Shown: positions 40,950-55,214, counted from the stretch's first letter. The stretch: 64,000 nucleotides of DNA from Octopus bimaculoides (GCF_001194135.2 NC_069002.1:2192616-2256615); one strand, 5' to 3'. The notes: generated by a model from the letters alone, not told the origin. Program-made: numbers and translations.

Positions 40950-41290
40950 AAATCTTCGTAACTTGCAGAGGAAAGGAAATATGAATGAACAAAAGAAATC
41001 AAACGAAACAGACTACCCACACCCACTTTCCAAACTACCCAGAATGTATTAAAAGAAAATGCGCCAGTAATGCTAGCCAAACCAATCTATATGAACTGAA
41101 AGAGCCATATAAACGATTTCAACAGTTATGTGCATATCATATTTAAAGGAAATCACTGAATTTTCAACATGATTCTCCAGCATCAATCAAATTAGAAAGA
41201 AATTCGCCATTATACAACCAAATGCCGCCATCATTTTTACAGACAATAAGACATGGAATATCATTTGGTAATTTTGAGAATGAATGCAAC
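40950..41290 (+). mobile_element. Possible very old CR1/L2/Jockey-type LINE RT relic
   Basis: Only QNVLKENAPVMLAKPIY resembles the (P)RVLKECA..LA.PL motif; the remainder is heavily decayed. Confidence 0.3.
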
Positions 41291-41499
41291 AACGTGTGTG
41301 TGTATGGAGCAATAGATATCAAATCAACAAAGCTTCGTTAACGCAAAGACTTTGGTTTAGAGCCAAATGAATTTCATTTCGTATATAAAAAGCGTTGCGT
41401 ATCAAATGTAATGGACTCCATGCCAAATAACGAGAAATAGAAATCAAACATCTATACGGAGAGCTGTTCATATCTACACTCTGTGTGAATAAAAATATC

Positions 41500-41532
<33 letters not shown>

Positions 41533-41545
41533 CACACACACAAAC

Positions 41546-41582
<37 letters not shown>

Positions 41583-42081
41583 TATANNNNNNNNNNNNNN
41601 NNNNNNNNNNNNNNNNNNNNNNNNNNNNNNNNNNNNNNNNNNNNNNNNNNNNNNNNNNNNNNNNNNNNNNNNNNNNNNNNNNNNNNNNNNNNNNNNNNNN
41701 NNNNNNNNNNNNNNNNNNNNNNNNNNNNNNNNNNNNNNNNNNNNNNNNNNNNNNNNNNNNNNNNNNNNNNNNNNNNNNNNNNNNNNNNNNNNNNNNNNNN
41801 NNNNNNNNNNNNNNNNNNNNNNNNNNNNNNNNNNNNNNNNNNNNNNNNNNNNNNNNNNNNNNNNNNNNNNNNNNNNNNNNNNNNNNNNNNNNNNNNNNNN
41901 NNNNNNNNNNNNNNNNNNNNNNNNNNNNNNNNNNNNNNNNNNNNNNNNNNNNNNNNNNNNNNNNNNNNNNNNNNNNNNNNNNNNNNNNNNNNNNNNNNNN
42001 NNNNNNNNNNNNNNNNNNNNNNNNNNNNNNNNNNNNNNNNNNNNNNNNNNNNNNTATATATGTATATATATATATATATAT

Positions 42082-42155
<74 letters not shown>

Positions 42156-42272
42156 GTGGTGTTAGGAGATAATGCCTGTTGATAATCGCAGAGAAACATA
42201 CCCGTGTAACAATGTATGTGCTTGTGTCAGTGTTTCCGAATTCAGACATTTGTCATTCTTTACACAAAGTAG

Positions 42273-42331
<59 letters not shown>

Positions 42332-43433
42332 NNNNNNNNNNGAGAGAGAGAGATAGAGAGACAGACAGAGAGAATGAGAGACAGAGGAGAGAGAGAATAA
42401 ACGAGAGAGAAAATATCGGGGTTGGTGTTTGTTAGAAGAAGAAAAGCAGCATGTTAAGAAGTGCGTTCTGCGAATGTAAGTTTGTGATATGTATAATAGT
42501 GGATATATGGAAAATAAACAAGGGCAACAGGTCATATGAAAAATAACATCCGCTGCACATGAACATAAACAAGTTTATTTTGCCAGCTTCCTCGACATCT
42601 ACCCGTCTAACAAGGAAGAATCTACTACTGAGTACAGAACATAACAGAAAGAGTGGTGAAATCATTTTTCCTAACGACCAAACCCACCGTTTGAAATAAC
42701 GAAATCATATATTATATAATATCGAATTTTGGAGTAGTTGTGTCGGTGCCAATTATTAAAAGAAAATCGCTTCACTGTAATTCATTCTTTTATTGTTATT
42801 GATTTCGTACCATTCAAATTCCTTCTCCACCATGGCGTATATGCTGTTCTATATTGTATTACAGAGATAAACTTTGTAGCGAATTTATACGTTATATTAA
42901 TATATCCATATATGTGTGTCTTTGTGAATACACACGCACGCACACACACAGGCACATGGTATCTCTCACTCCCTATCCCTATCCCTCTCTCTCCCTCTCT
43001 CCCTCTCCCCGTCTCTCTCTTACACGCACCCATATCTATGTAAGGATTGCTATTTTAGATGAGTTTACCGACGTCTAAACCGCGATGTAAATCCATGTAT
43101 GTCCAAATTCCAATTAGGTATTATACATTGTTTGTCCTCTAAATATCTTTTCACAATATATGCATGAGGGCAGAATAAGTCCTTATTTACATTGTGCTTT
43201 ATTTTAAAATCATGAATTTCATAATTATAGCTATCACATAATTATGTAATTTGCTGTATTATTATAAAGGGAATACTTTATCTCTGCTTGAATTCTGCAC
43301 ATATGCGTACATATACATACATATTAATATAGCGAAAGAGAGGGATTTGTTGTAGAGTTGGAGTAAAGAATATGATTATATTAAAAGATAACATTCGTGA
43401 TGGCCCAAAGATAAGAACCGGCGTCTACATATA

Positions 43434-43590
43434 CAAGGCGGCCCAAAAGTAGATCTTGATTATAATATGAAACCATCATTCTATGCTAATTTAGTTAATT
43501 CTAAGAAAGAAATTTAAATGTAATATATTGTTTTCAAAGAAATTGAAAGTGCCTACGTGATAACTGTAAACTAACTTTTGGGCCACCTTG
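43434..43590. mobile_element. Tc1/mariner-type MITE (157 bp)
   Basis: Terminal inverted repeats caaggcggcccaaaagtag and ctaacttttgggccaccttg differ by one substitution and one indel. TATA flanks both ends, consistent with a TA target-site duplication; the interior is AT-rich. Confidence 0.85.
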
Positions 43591-44151
43591 TATAGTTCTC
43601 AGATTATATCATTAAGAAACTGCAATGCTATGCCTTGTTCAGTAAGTCAGATATTGGCAGCAACATTGGGGGTATCCATTTTTACTACAGTAGCAACAAA
43701 GAGAAACATTGTTGTAATTGTTCTTTTAAATGTCTGCTTCCCTTTTGGTTTTAAGTTAGAATTGTTAATGTAGAATGTTTTGAATTACAGTTTCGATCTG
43801 TGTATTTCACTGAGCAAACCGTCTCCGAATGCCAAGATTATTTAAGAAATTGACTGGCTCAATTGACGGATAATTCTAGATGCAGAATAACGTTCTAGAC
43901 AGAGGAGGATATTCCGCACATCAATCTAAATAGCACTGATGTAGTGATTCTTGGCGTTTCTATGATCTGATTTTCAGAGAGTCAGCTTCACAAAGCAGCA
44001 AGGCATTTCTCATGCGAGATCTTATAACACCAATCAAATAGAACAACCTTGAAGATCAGGTATCTACCATTTCACTACAGCTCTTTAAATATTTTACGCT
44101 AATTTAGTTTTGCTTGCGTGGTCTAAACCAAATTTATTAACAATTATGAAG

Positions 44152-44365
44152 GCGGCGAACTGGCAGATACGATAGCACACCAGGCGAAATGCTTAGCGGT
44201 ATTTCGTCTGTTTTTACGTTTTGAGTTCAAATTCCGCCGAGGTCAACTTTGCCTTTCATCCTTTCGGAGTCGATAAATTAAGTAGCAGTTTCGTACAAGG
44301 GACGATCTAATCGTCTGACCCCCGCCCCCAAAATGTTGTCCCTTGTGCCTAGAGTAGAAAAGAAT
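44152..44365 (+). mobile_element. tRNA-derived SINE family A, full length, with target-site duplication
   Basis: This is the best-preserved copy, flanked by aattatgaag at 44142-44151 and 44366-44375. Confidence 0.93.
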
Positions 44366-46527
44366 AATTATGAAGATGCCACTGAATAATTATGCCAAAG
44401 AATAATTATGAAGATGCGTGGCACCTTGCGTATACATTAATATTTACAGTCACAAGCCATCTCAACTTAAATTACTATTATGTGCAATTCTTTCTTTGGC
44501 TGGATTCACAAACGCTGGTAGCTTACAGTTTTAGAGACAATAGCAATTTCCATGCATACAAATCTTCTTTGCCGTTGCAACAACATAGTCGTTACTATAA
44601 AGTGAGATTTTCCTACAGTTAATTAGGATGCAGGGAACTCATTTCTACCAGATACCACACAAGTGTAATTATTCATATTTTTGTATCACAGAGAAATTCA
44701 TCTGTTTTATCTGTGACATTCAGAATGACACAACATTTATAGCCAGATGCTACACTTTGCTTTTACGATTGTCCTCATTTCTAAAACGATTTTATTGCTA
44801 ACTAATTAAAATACACATTGAAATCCATTCATACTCAGTACAGAACACCTGCATTTTTCCTTACATTATTTCAACTGTCATTTTACCTATGGCATATAAA
44901 CGGCTGTTAATAATTACTTAAATGCTTATCACTATTTTATATTATTCAGAAAAAATTTTTCTATCAGACTATAGCCTAAAGGTGGTAAAATAAAGAAATA
45001 AACACCTGTGTATTTTGTAAATATAATTACTATGCTAGCTCTAGTTATCTACGAGCAAGAACTAATTGGCACCAAACTCTCTCTCACTCTCTCACATAGA
45101 TGTAACACACACACACATATGTATGTATATATATATATATATATATNNNNNNNNNNNNNNNNNNNNNNNNNNNNNNNNNNNNNNNNNNNNNNNNNNNNNN
45201 NNNNNNNNNNNNNNNNNNNNNNNNNNNNNNNNNNNNNNNNNNNNNNNNNNNNNNNNNNNNNNNNNNNNNNNNNNNNNNNNNNNNNNNNNNNNNNNNNNNN
45301 NNNNNNNNNNNNNNNNNNNNNNNNNNNNNNNNNNNNNNNNNNNNNNNNNNNNNNNNNNNNNNNNNNNNNTATGAAAGCAATCAACTGCGAACTCACAAAA
45401 GCCTTAACGACAGAAGTCCACGCTCATATCACTACAATCTATAGAATAATTTTATTTATTCATTTTTTATGTATAAATATTTTTGGTTTATTTAGGTGTC
45501 ATTGTTTTCAGTTTTCAGAACTGAATTCGTAATACTGACATGTGACGGGTGGAAAGGTGTATTTTGTATGTCGTATTTTTTATGCGGATTTAAGGCAATA
45601 ATGTTTGACTGTATGTCATTAGTCAGGTTAGTTGTTGAGCATGATTGGATATGCGACGGGAATTTTTTAGAGCTAGTATAATGACGAATATTTTTTATTA
45701 TGTTTTACGCATGTGTTTGGCATAGCGTTGTTTTAGTTGCCTTATAACACACATACAAACACAGAGGCAAACACTATACTGATTGACTGAACTTGTTCAT
45801 ATCGTTGTTGTATGCAGATATGTCAATTCTCACACAAACGTATGGATAGGTAAAAACACTTGTATGTATATAGGTTTTTTTACTCTCATTGTCGTTTTCT
45901 CTATCTGTCTAAATGTCTCTCTGATTCCGCATCTCGCTATGCATGCATGTATATGAGTGTATGTGCGCATGTATGTATGTATGCATGTATGTATGTACGT
46001 ATGTATGTATGCATGTATGTATGTATATATGTATGCATGAATGTATGTATGTATTCGGTGGTCCAAATCAGATATACAATCAATGTGGTTGTCTTTTCGA
46101 AACATTGTCCGGTTCAAAAAGTCACATCAGACGCCATGATGGATCTAAAGTGTAAATAAAAGAGGTGGTCAGTCTCTGCATGAGTAGATAACCATCATAG
46201 ATGTATATATATATATATNNNNNNNNNNNNNNNNNNNNNNNNNNNNNNNNNNNNNNNNNNNNNNNNNNNNNNNNNNNNNNNNNNNNNNNNNNNNNNNNNN
46301 NNNNNNNNNNNNNNNNNNNNNNNNNNNNNNNNNNNNNNNNNNNNNNNNNNNNNNNNNNNNNNNNNNNNNNNNNNNNNNNNNNNNNNNNNNNNNNNNNNNN
46401 NNNNNNNNNNNNNNNNNNNNNNNNNNNNNNNNNNNNNNNNNNNNNNNNNNNNNNNNNNNNNNATATATATAATATATGTACATACTTCATAAGCATACAT
46501 GTATAAGTATATACATATGTATATATG

Positions 46528-46630
<103 letters not shown>

Positions 46631-46886
46631 TGTATGTATGTATACGGTGATGTGTGTGAAGATATGTGTAACTTAGAGGTTATTATTTGCTTTTTACTGC
46701 AGATATGTCAAAAATCGAAAGCTCACCGACGCTCTGATCTGATTCCAATCAAAAAGCCATGGAGACTTCGAGAAACGCAGTTTGGCAACAAACAGAGCCT
46801 TACGAGTGAGTACTAAACAAGGCTAGCTCTCTCAATGGCAATAATAATAACAACAACAACAATAATAATAATATTAATGATAATAA

Positions 46887-46949
<63 letters not shown>

Positions 46950-47507
46950 TATAATAATAATGATAATAATAATAATGACACTCACATGATTTCTTTTGTT
47001 TTGAATTTTGCTGCGAGATAGAACAAAATAAAAATGAGATAAAATATATTTCTGGCAACATCAAGAATCTGAGAAGCCCACAACTACCTCACGGCAACAG
47101 TAATCTTTGTTTCCTTTCCTTATCACGTATTTGGCTTTTCCGAATAATTCTTCTTTCTCTAAATTGGTAAACTCTGCATTTTGCATTGGTATATGCTTCA
47201 TTTAGTTATTTATTTCTCCTTTTTGTGGAGGTATGGACGTGGGAGGAGGTGGGGTGTTTTTTTCAGTTTGTTTTCGTTCTCCTTTGCGCAACAAAAGCTT
47301 TTACAATTAATACCGATCTTAAGAGACCAAGTTAATTGTTATTTACTCGGCATTTGCCTCCTTATCTCAACAGCTTTCATCGCCTCCAGATATTGCAGTT
47401 TTCAAAGATATTCCATAATATTGTTGTTGTTATAACCATAATCCTCCTTCTCCTCCTCATCATCATCTTTAAGTATTGTCATTGTTATTATAATATCTTA
47501 GGAATCG

Positions 47508-47541
<34 letters not shown>

Positions 47542-48031
47542 TACTATTGCTATTCTTATGGATTCTATATACCATATCGATTGAATGGATTAATCGGCTG
47601 CTGCTTTTCGATGTTAAATCTGATAACAGCATCACATCGAGCCATATCGATCACTGAGCAAAAACCTATTCGTTTTCATCGTGATATGTGCTACTTCACC
47701 TGATTTTTCCTTGATTTCTCAGAGGTTTTCTTTAGATTTACATTAGAAAGTGGATCAACAATAAAAACTGTAACCTCGTCTTTCCGCCACCCAACTGCAC
47801 AATGTTCTCCCAATCTCTCAATCATTCCGAAATCAATCCTTTTGAAGCTGTACGTTGCAGAGAATTCTTTCGACATTATTATTTACTTTGATTCTTCAGT
47901 TTCCAATACTTCTTCCGATCATTTCCAGCGTGTAAGTGTAAACACTAGTTTGCAGTTTATTCTGCACTTCGCATTCATTGACGCTTTCCCCTCTTACTAT
48001 TTCTAAATCTGTCCTCTCCACCTCGCCAACC

Positions 48032-48082
<51 letters not shown>

Positions 48083-49339
48083 NNNNNNNNNNNNNNNNNN
48101 NNNNNNNNNNNNNNNNNNNNNNNNNNNNNNNNNNNNNNNNNNNNNNNNNNNNNNNNNNNNNNNNNNNNNNNNNNNNNNNNNNNNNNNNNNNNNNNNNNNN
48201 NNNNNNNNNNNNNNNNNNNNNNNNNNNNNNNNNNNNNNNNNNNNNNNNNNNNNNNNNNNNNNNNNNNNNNNNNNNNNNNNNNNNNNNNNNNNNNNNNNNN
48301 NNNNNNNNNNNNNNNNNNNNNNNNNNNNNNNNNNNNNNNNNNNNNNNNNNNNNNNNNNNNNNNNNNNNNNNNNNNNNNNNNNNNNNNNNNNNNNNNNNNN
48401 NNNNNNNNNNNNNNNNNNNNNNNNNNNNNNNNNNNNNNNNNNNNNNNNNNNNNNNNNNNNNNNNNNNNNNNNNNNNNNNNNNNNNNNNNNNNNNNNNNNN
48501 NNNNNNNNNNNNNNNNNNNNNNNNNNNNNNNNNNNNNNNNNNNNNNNNNNNNNNNNNNNNNNNNNNNNNNNNNNNNNNNNNNNNNNNNNNNNNNNNNNNN
48601 NNNNNNNNNNNNNNNNNNNNNNNNNNNNNNNNNNNNNNNNNNNNNNNNNNNNNNNNNNNNNNNNNNNNNNNNNNNNNNNNNNNNNNNNNNNNNNNNNNNN
48701 NNNNNNNNNNNNNNNNNNNNNNNNNNNNNNNNNNNNNNNNNNNNNNNNNNNNNNNNNNNNNNNNNNNNNNNNNNNNNNNNNNNNNNNNNNNNNNNNNNNN
48801 NNNNNNNNNNNNNNNNNNNNNNNNNNNNNNNNNNNNNNNNNNNNNNNNNNNNNATATATATATATATATATATATATATGCATATATAATATGCATGAAA
48901 ATGTTGGAAAAGAAGATTCTAAACTTGCTTTGCTAGCTCCAGATAACAAACAGTATAACATGATGCCAGTGAAGTGAACATAAGTTGTGATGTGAAAGGC
49001 GACAGCATAAGCAAGAGTTATCTACTCTTTATCAGCTTCGGTTGTATCACATTCTATTTTTATGCCACGACTCTTATCTAAGCTCTTAAAACATCTTGTG
49101 TTCTAAACACTGTGTTAATCTTCCGATTATTTAGTTGATTGTGAAACTGCAGTACCTTATCTCTACATAATACTTCATGCTAATCGAGTCTCCAGCTCAT
49201 TGCAAATGCAAAGTATGGTATTAGTTAAAAGGATTATCGATTGTGATTTAAACGTCTAGTATACTGTGATTGGAATCTTTCTCTGTTATCTAAAGAAATT
49301 CCATTTAGCTAATTGTCAGAGATGGTCACTAAAGAATCA

Positions 49340-49680
49340 GATGTGTCTCCTAAGATTTAATAAGTTAGCTTTACAACCACGTGGTTTCGTGTTCAAACCT
49401 ACAGTGCAGCACATCGCGTAAGTGTCTGCTGTGGTACACCAGGTTTGACCAATATCTTTGGAGTGAATCCGGCAGACAGCAACTCTATGTATGTGTGTGT
49501 GTCTGTGTATTATGTTTTTGTATGTTGAACGTGTGTATGCCTTGTTGTTTACGTTGATTTTGCACAATATCACCGTTTCACAACCGGTATTGGTTTGTTT
49601 TCGTCCTTGTTCACGTAACGTTTGATCAAAAGTGACCAATACAATAAATATCAGATTTAAAACATTATGGTGTTAATTTG
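49340..49680 (+). mobile_element. SINE family B, degenerate head, (GT)n spacer and tail
   Basis: caaccacgtggtttcgtgttcaaacc...gtaagtgtctgct...; tail caccgtttcacaaccggtattggtttgtttt...aaaagtgaccaatacaataa. Confidence 0.65.
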
Positions 49681-50242
49681 TTTGTGATGAGATTTCTGTA
49701 TATATTCAATGGTATTTTTATATTGTACGAATTTAACTATATCATTTAATGTACTATTCCTTGTTTAATTTGGTGTGGATGACATATGAATGAAATTTGG
49801 CTGTTATTTTTCAAGGGACGTGTTATAGAATCTATAACAATGCCCAATATACATTCTAAAATACTGCAATTCTTTGGCAATGTTGAATAGCATAGGCTGT
49901 CATAGCCTTAAAATGCCTAACTAGTCATATCAAAATAAACTAATTGAACATTCTTTACTGCATTCCGTCGGATCTATGATTAGTTGTCTTCGGAGACTGT
50001 TTAACAGAAAAATCTGTTTCTTAGCCAACAAATAAATATTCTTGCCAAATGTATTTCACAGATAAAATAAAAAAGAAAACAAAATAAAACAATACAAAGC
50101 AAAACTACATCGAGGAAATCTAAATACAAACAAACGCTCGCAGTCCCGTACACACAAACACACACATACGTACACAGACACATACTCACAAACGCACACA
50201 CGCACAGAAAGGCACTGACACACACACACGCACAGACACCTG

Positions 50243-50295
<53 letters not shown>

Positions 50296-51163
50296 GAAAG
50301 ACAAATATTCAATATGGCACCTATGCTTCGCTCGATAACTTGATGTAACTTAATCATAATGACTGGAAGACATTCAACTATTTGCATCGCGTTCTGTGGC
50401 TATTTGCAGGAAAGAGAAAGTAAAACAACACATTGTCTGAAATGAAAATTTTCCTTGTGTTAATCTAATTTCCAACTAGCTTTTCTTATCGCTCTAATAC
50501 GGATTATACTTGAATCTAGAAAAATCACAAAACTGATGCTGAATTTGTTTACGAATTAATGAAGCGAATTTCTATTCATTACGCGCGTTTCTTTTTGTTT
50601 ACCTGTTGTCTAATAATGGTGTGAAGACGGGGCTGTGAGTTGCCAATCGAGTGAATATCAATTATTGAACCTAAAATTATGCAAACTATTTTCAGTGCAC
50701 TGACTGATATGTCCTGTATTGATATTCACTTAAAGACTTCCGTTTCTAGAAAGGACGGCCATACAGGGATAACATCTATATGAGATTTATTCGAATATAT
50801 AGTTGTCATTTTTCACAGTTTTGCCTGGAAGTTTCTGTTAGCAAGTAGGGATGCGATACACAAAGGAAAAGTTTAATTTTGATGTATGACACACGTTCCA
50901 GTGTTGATAATTACACCTGTCCTAAACAAAATGGCATTACTTTTTGACTCAACCTCGCACATACATACATGCATACATACATACACACAAACATACTTAC
51001 ATACTTACATACATAAATAAATACATACATACATACTTTCATGCATACATACACACATACATACATACATACTCACACACACACATACACACACACATAT
51101 TGATAACAAAACAAGGAGAAAAATTGCTTATATCAATTTTATTTACACACGTCTCAGTAAAAG

Positions 51164-51210
<47 letters not shown>

Positions 51211-52672
51211 TGTGTGCGCGTGTGCGTATGTCTGTGTATGTGTGTTTGTTTGTATGTGCATTGAATTTTAAGAATACAGAAGTGAGTACCTTTATTTTGA
51301 TACGCAAATTTATTAGGAATAGTCATTTGGCAGGAAACACTAAGATCCCGAAAGTTAATAGTTATTCAGTTAATAGATGAATAAGTAAATAAATGAATGC
51401 ATATATAGAGTTAATAGATAGCACACATTTGCCGGGAGGTTTATAATGTATATCCTGCATTACTCTCAATCGCTTACGTATCAAGCAAAGTGTTGGAGCA
51501 TTTCTCATCTCTTCTGTGAAATGGTGCAGAACTTCCTCTGAGTAATCTCTTGCTTGTTCCGGTACGGAAGGCGGAACAAAATATGCAATTTGATCTTCGG
51601 TGTTAGAAAACAGCGTTTCAAACCAGGAAAGAAAAATATTCAATTTTTGTTTAGAAGCGTGAAGTGGGTCGTCTCTGTTTTTCTAAAACTCTAACTAATA
51701 TTTATATGAATATTATATTTATATATTTTCGCCTTCTCGGTTTTTACACAATATTGTCAGCACTTACATTTGTATCCAAAAATAAATACAAAATTTTCTA
51801 AAAATAATAAAAAATAATAAATAAATAGATAGATAAATAAATAATAAACTATTGCACCCGCATTTGCGAGAATAATTTAATTTTTTTTTTACGTATTTAG
51901 AATCAACATATTAAAAAGAAAAACAGTGTGAGAAAGAGGGAGAGATAGGGAGGAAAATAATTACAATTTTGCAGTTTTTTGTTAAGAACTAGTGTAAATT
52001 AATGGTATTCATTCATTCATTCATATATAGACTTCACGCATACCTGAGCTTTTCATATTACTTCTTATTAAGTTTTATAATTTTCTTATAGAACACTAAA
52101 TTAAACGAATTAAGAATGTGTATTTTTATTAGAGTTATTGTTCTGTTTGATTCTCGAGCTGCGAGATTAGTAGAGCGTTGAAACATATGACTTGTAAATT
52201 CTAGTAGCGTTCTAATTTTATAGTTAGTTTATGTTCTGCTTTCAAATCTTAACGAGTCTAGTTTTATGATTCATACACACAAACGTACAACTCGCTTTAA
52301 ACGGGATTGAGCAGAGCCATTCCAAGCAAGCCCACCCAGTCTCTTTCGAAAGCTGGACGACTACTCTATTTTGTGGTTTTCAAGTTATTGGTATCTTCAG
52401 GTTCTACATTGATTTTTCACCGTATTGTATTTGTTTCCAATGGCTCGCAATCTGATAAACACAGAACACTCCATCAAATTATAAGGGATTTGACTCTCCC
52501 TTCACCCTTTATTGAAGAGAAGCGAAAAAGAAAAACAATGTTTGCATGCATAATTCTGCTTTCTTTCACATTTTGGTCAGTTATAAAAGATTAAAACCAT
52601 CGTAATTTCGTTAATCACGGCAATTTCCCAGGCACGTTTCCAATCTTTACAGTACCTACCCACATTACAGAC

Positions 52673-52870
52673 CAGTAGTTCACAACCTTTTCCATATTTG
52701 GGCCAGATCCAAAGCCTTGAGACTTTTAACGAGGCTACACCACAAACAGTAAAACACAAGTCAATTAAAGAAACATTTATTATAGTTATTGAGTGAAGGC
52801 CATCGGGGGCCGCCAGAAGGACGCTTCATGACTGCATTCTGTCCTGCGGTGCCAACTTTGAGAACCACTG
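52673..52870. mobile_element. hAT/Charlie-type MITE (198 bp)
   Basis: Ends cagtagttcacaa and ttgagaaccactg match at 11 of 13 positions as inverted repeats and fit the CAGTGGTTCTCAA terminal signature. An 8-bp target-site duplication is not preserved. Confidence 0.75.
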
Positions 52871-52974
52871 TGAATTTATTTTTTCTTTACATTCCTTTCC
52901 TAATATCCATTTGATAATCATCTCGTCCTTTCTATCTCCCCCTTATCTCAATATATATAAATCCATGTGTGTAC

Positions 52975-53145
52975 AGACACTCGACTTTGCGTGCTTGTTT
53001 GTCTCTTACCGCTTAACTTAGCAGTTAGTGAACATTGTTTAATAAAATAACAGCTAGGCTTAAAATATGAACTTTTTAATAAACTGTGCGAAGTGCTGCC
53101 CCAGCGTGGTCGCCGTCGAAAGACTGAAACCAAAGAACAGAAGGA
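52975..53145 (+). mobile_element. SINE family B tail fragment
   Basis: aacttagcagttagtg...gtgctgccccagcgtggtcgccgtc...gactgaaacc. Confidence 0.6.
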
Positions 53146-53711
53146 TATTAAATGAGATCTTAATACCTGTTGAAGATATCAGGTTGTAGAATTTACACCA
53201 TAATCTCTTAATTGAGGAAAATATGATTGTTATATCCGCAGGAGGAGCGTTCATGTTGAAGCTCCCTTTACTCAATATATCATAAGTTGTGGTCCTGTTG
53301 CAATGAAACGGTGTTTTGTATTTTTTTAAACAGATATTTTACTTTTATTTTTGTGTAGTGATTTATTTTGTTATTCTTTCAAATCCGCTCGCAGGAAGTA
53401 ACGAAGCCTCGGCGTTCGAGCTTCACAGAGAATCGTTCGTCTGAATATTCTAACTGTTCCAAGCGAAACAAACAAACTTCTGAAAGTGTTCCAAAACTCA
53501 TGACTAAGCAATTGGAATTGATCCAAACTCATGTCATGCTTTTATATATTTACGTTTTGCTTCTTTAATTTTTGAAATAGTTCGAAATCATTCATAGTAT
53601 TATAATTACGAATGGATGATTCCTATTTTCTATTCATTTTCATTTACGTCAAAACTGAAAGAAAAACCTATTCCTTTTTATTGTCATTATTATTACTGTT
53701 ACAAAGTCGGT

Positions 53712-53918
53712 AGTGAGCCGGCTGTTTCGTTATCACGCCCGGTAAAAATGCCTAGTGGCATATTGTCCATTCTTAGTTCAAATCCCGCCAATGTCGACTT
53801 TGCTTTTCATCCTTTTGGGGGCGATAAAATAAGTACCTGAGAAACAGTGGGGTTCGATGTAATCCATTTCATCATTCTCTTGAAGAGTGCTGGACTTGTC
53901 AAAATTAAAAAGAATTAT
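53712..53918 (+). mobile_element. SINE family A, diverged near full-length copy
   Basis: ttagttcaaatcccgccaatgtcgactttgcttttcatccttttggggg...gataaaataagtacc. Confidence 0.85.
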
Positions 53919-54781
53919 CATCATTTGAATAAAATATTTACCTGCGTTTCTACTAAGCAAAACCTAATGCACTCACGATGGTATGTATGTATGTATGCAT
54001 GTATATATGTGTGTAGAAGTTGGTATCGCTGTTGCGTTGCAGACCAGTCCTCTTTTCGTGATTGTTCTACGATGAACTATGCTGCATAAGGAACGAAGGA
54101 GTTATCTCAGCAATTAGCTATATTCATTGCCCCATCATTTTTGAAGACAACGCAGAGATATGTGAGGCAATTTATGGCTACCACATCGAGGCAACAATGT
54201 TACATGATATATTATTGAAGAAAAACTGTACTTTCTAGTCAATTATTGATTTGTGAACGTTTGTACATAAAAAAAAAAATTAAATTGTCTCTTGGCATTC
54301 ATTTGAAGGTTTTTGTGTTATTGTAATTAATTTTGTTATCACAAATCAAATAATTTATGCTAAATCAAAACAATGAATTTTCACAAAACATGCAAAATCA
54401 CTAATTATAAAGATTTTCATTAACATCATGGGCTTTATTTATACAGTTATAGTGTTTTTCTTGGTTTGGGTCTCTGATTTACAGAGATTACTGTTTTTGT
54501 TGTTTGTTGTGTTTCCACCCCCACCCACCGCCTTTCCTTTTCTTTCCCCCTCTGGTTAAAATTTTCCATTTTCACACGATTACTGTCTCAGTGAGCCCGC
54601 AGCTGAAAAGCACAATCAGTCGACATGCCGGAGCCGATTTTTCTCATATTCAATCATAAGTTGGATGAAATAGTATCAACAGGAGAAGCAGAACAAGCAA
54701 CCACAACATCATCATCATCATCATCATCAGTAGTAGCAGCATCGTCATTGCTATTATTATTATTATTATTATTATTATTGT

Positions 54782-54835
<54 letters not shown>

Positions 54836-55181
54836 CAATGTTAGTTGCGGTGGTAGTGTACCGGAGGCAATGAATCACGCTTGTATTCATTCCATCTTGT
54901 TTCGCATTTTTCCCAAAATCTTGATAAGGAAATGAAGAGCGTGCACTTTTGTTACAATTTAAATTATGTCGACACACGCATGCGCGAGTGTACACACAGA
55001 AACACACACATACGCACACGAACACACACACACAAACACACACACACACACACACATACACACGTGTACACATGCAGATAGGAAAGCAGGAGTAAACAAA
55101 GCAATGTAGAGAGACACAGAGACAGTTTTCCACAGAATGAACATGCATAAATACATCTATCTATCTGTCTATCTATCTGTT

Positions 55182-55214
<33 letters not shown>

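Noticed and set aside
42451-42475. ATG TTA AGA AGT GCG TTC TGC GAA T/GTAAGT as a first coding exon
   Set aside because: It is only 25 nt and has no independent support; such matches are expected by chance in 64 kb.
43978-44059. AG...GT-bounded segment on the plus strand
   Set aside because: All three frames contain stop codons.
46085-46140. Minus-strand CTGATGTG...CGAAA motif next to (TA)n
   Set aside because: The core deviates, stem II pairs poorly and stem III is missing.
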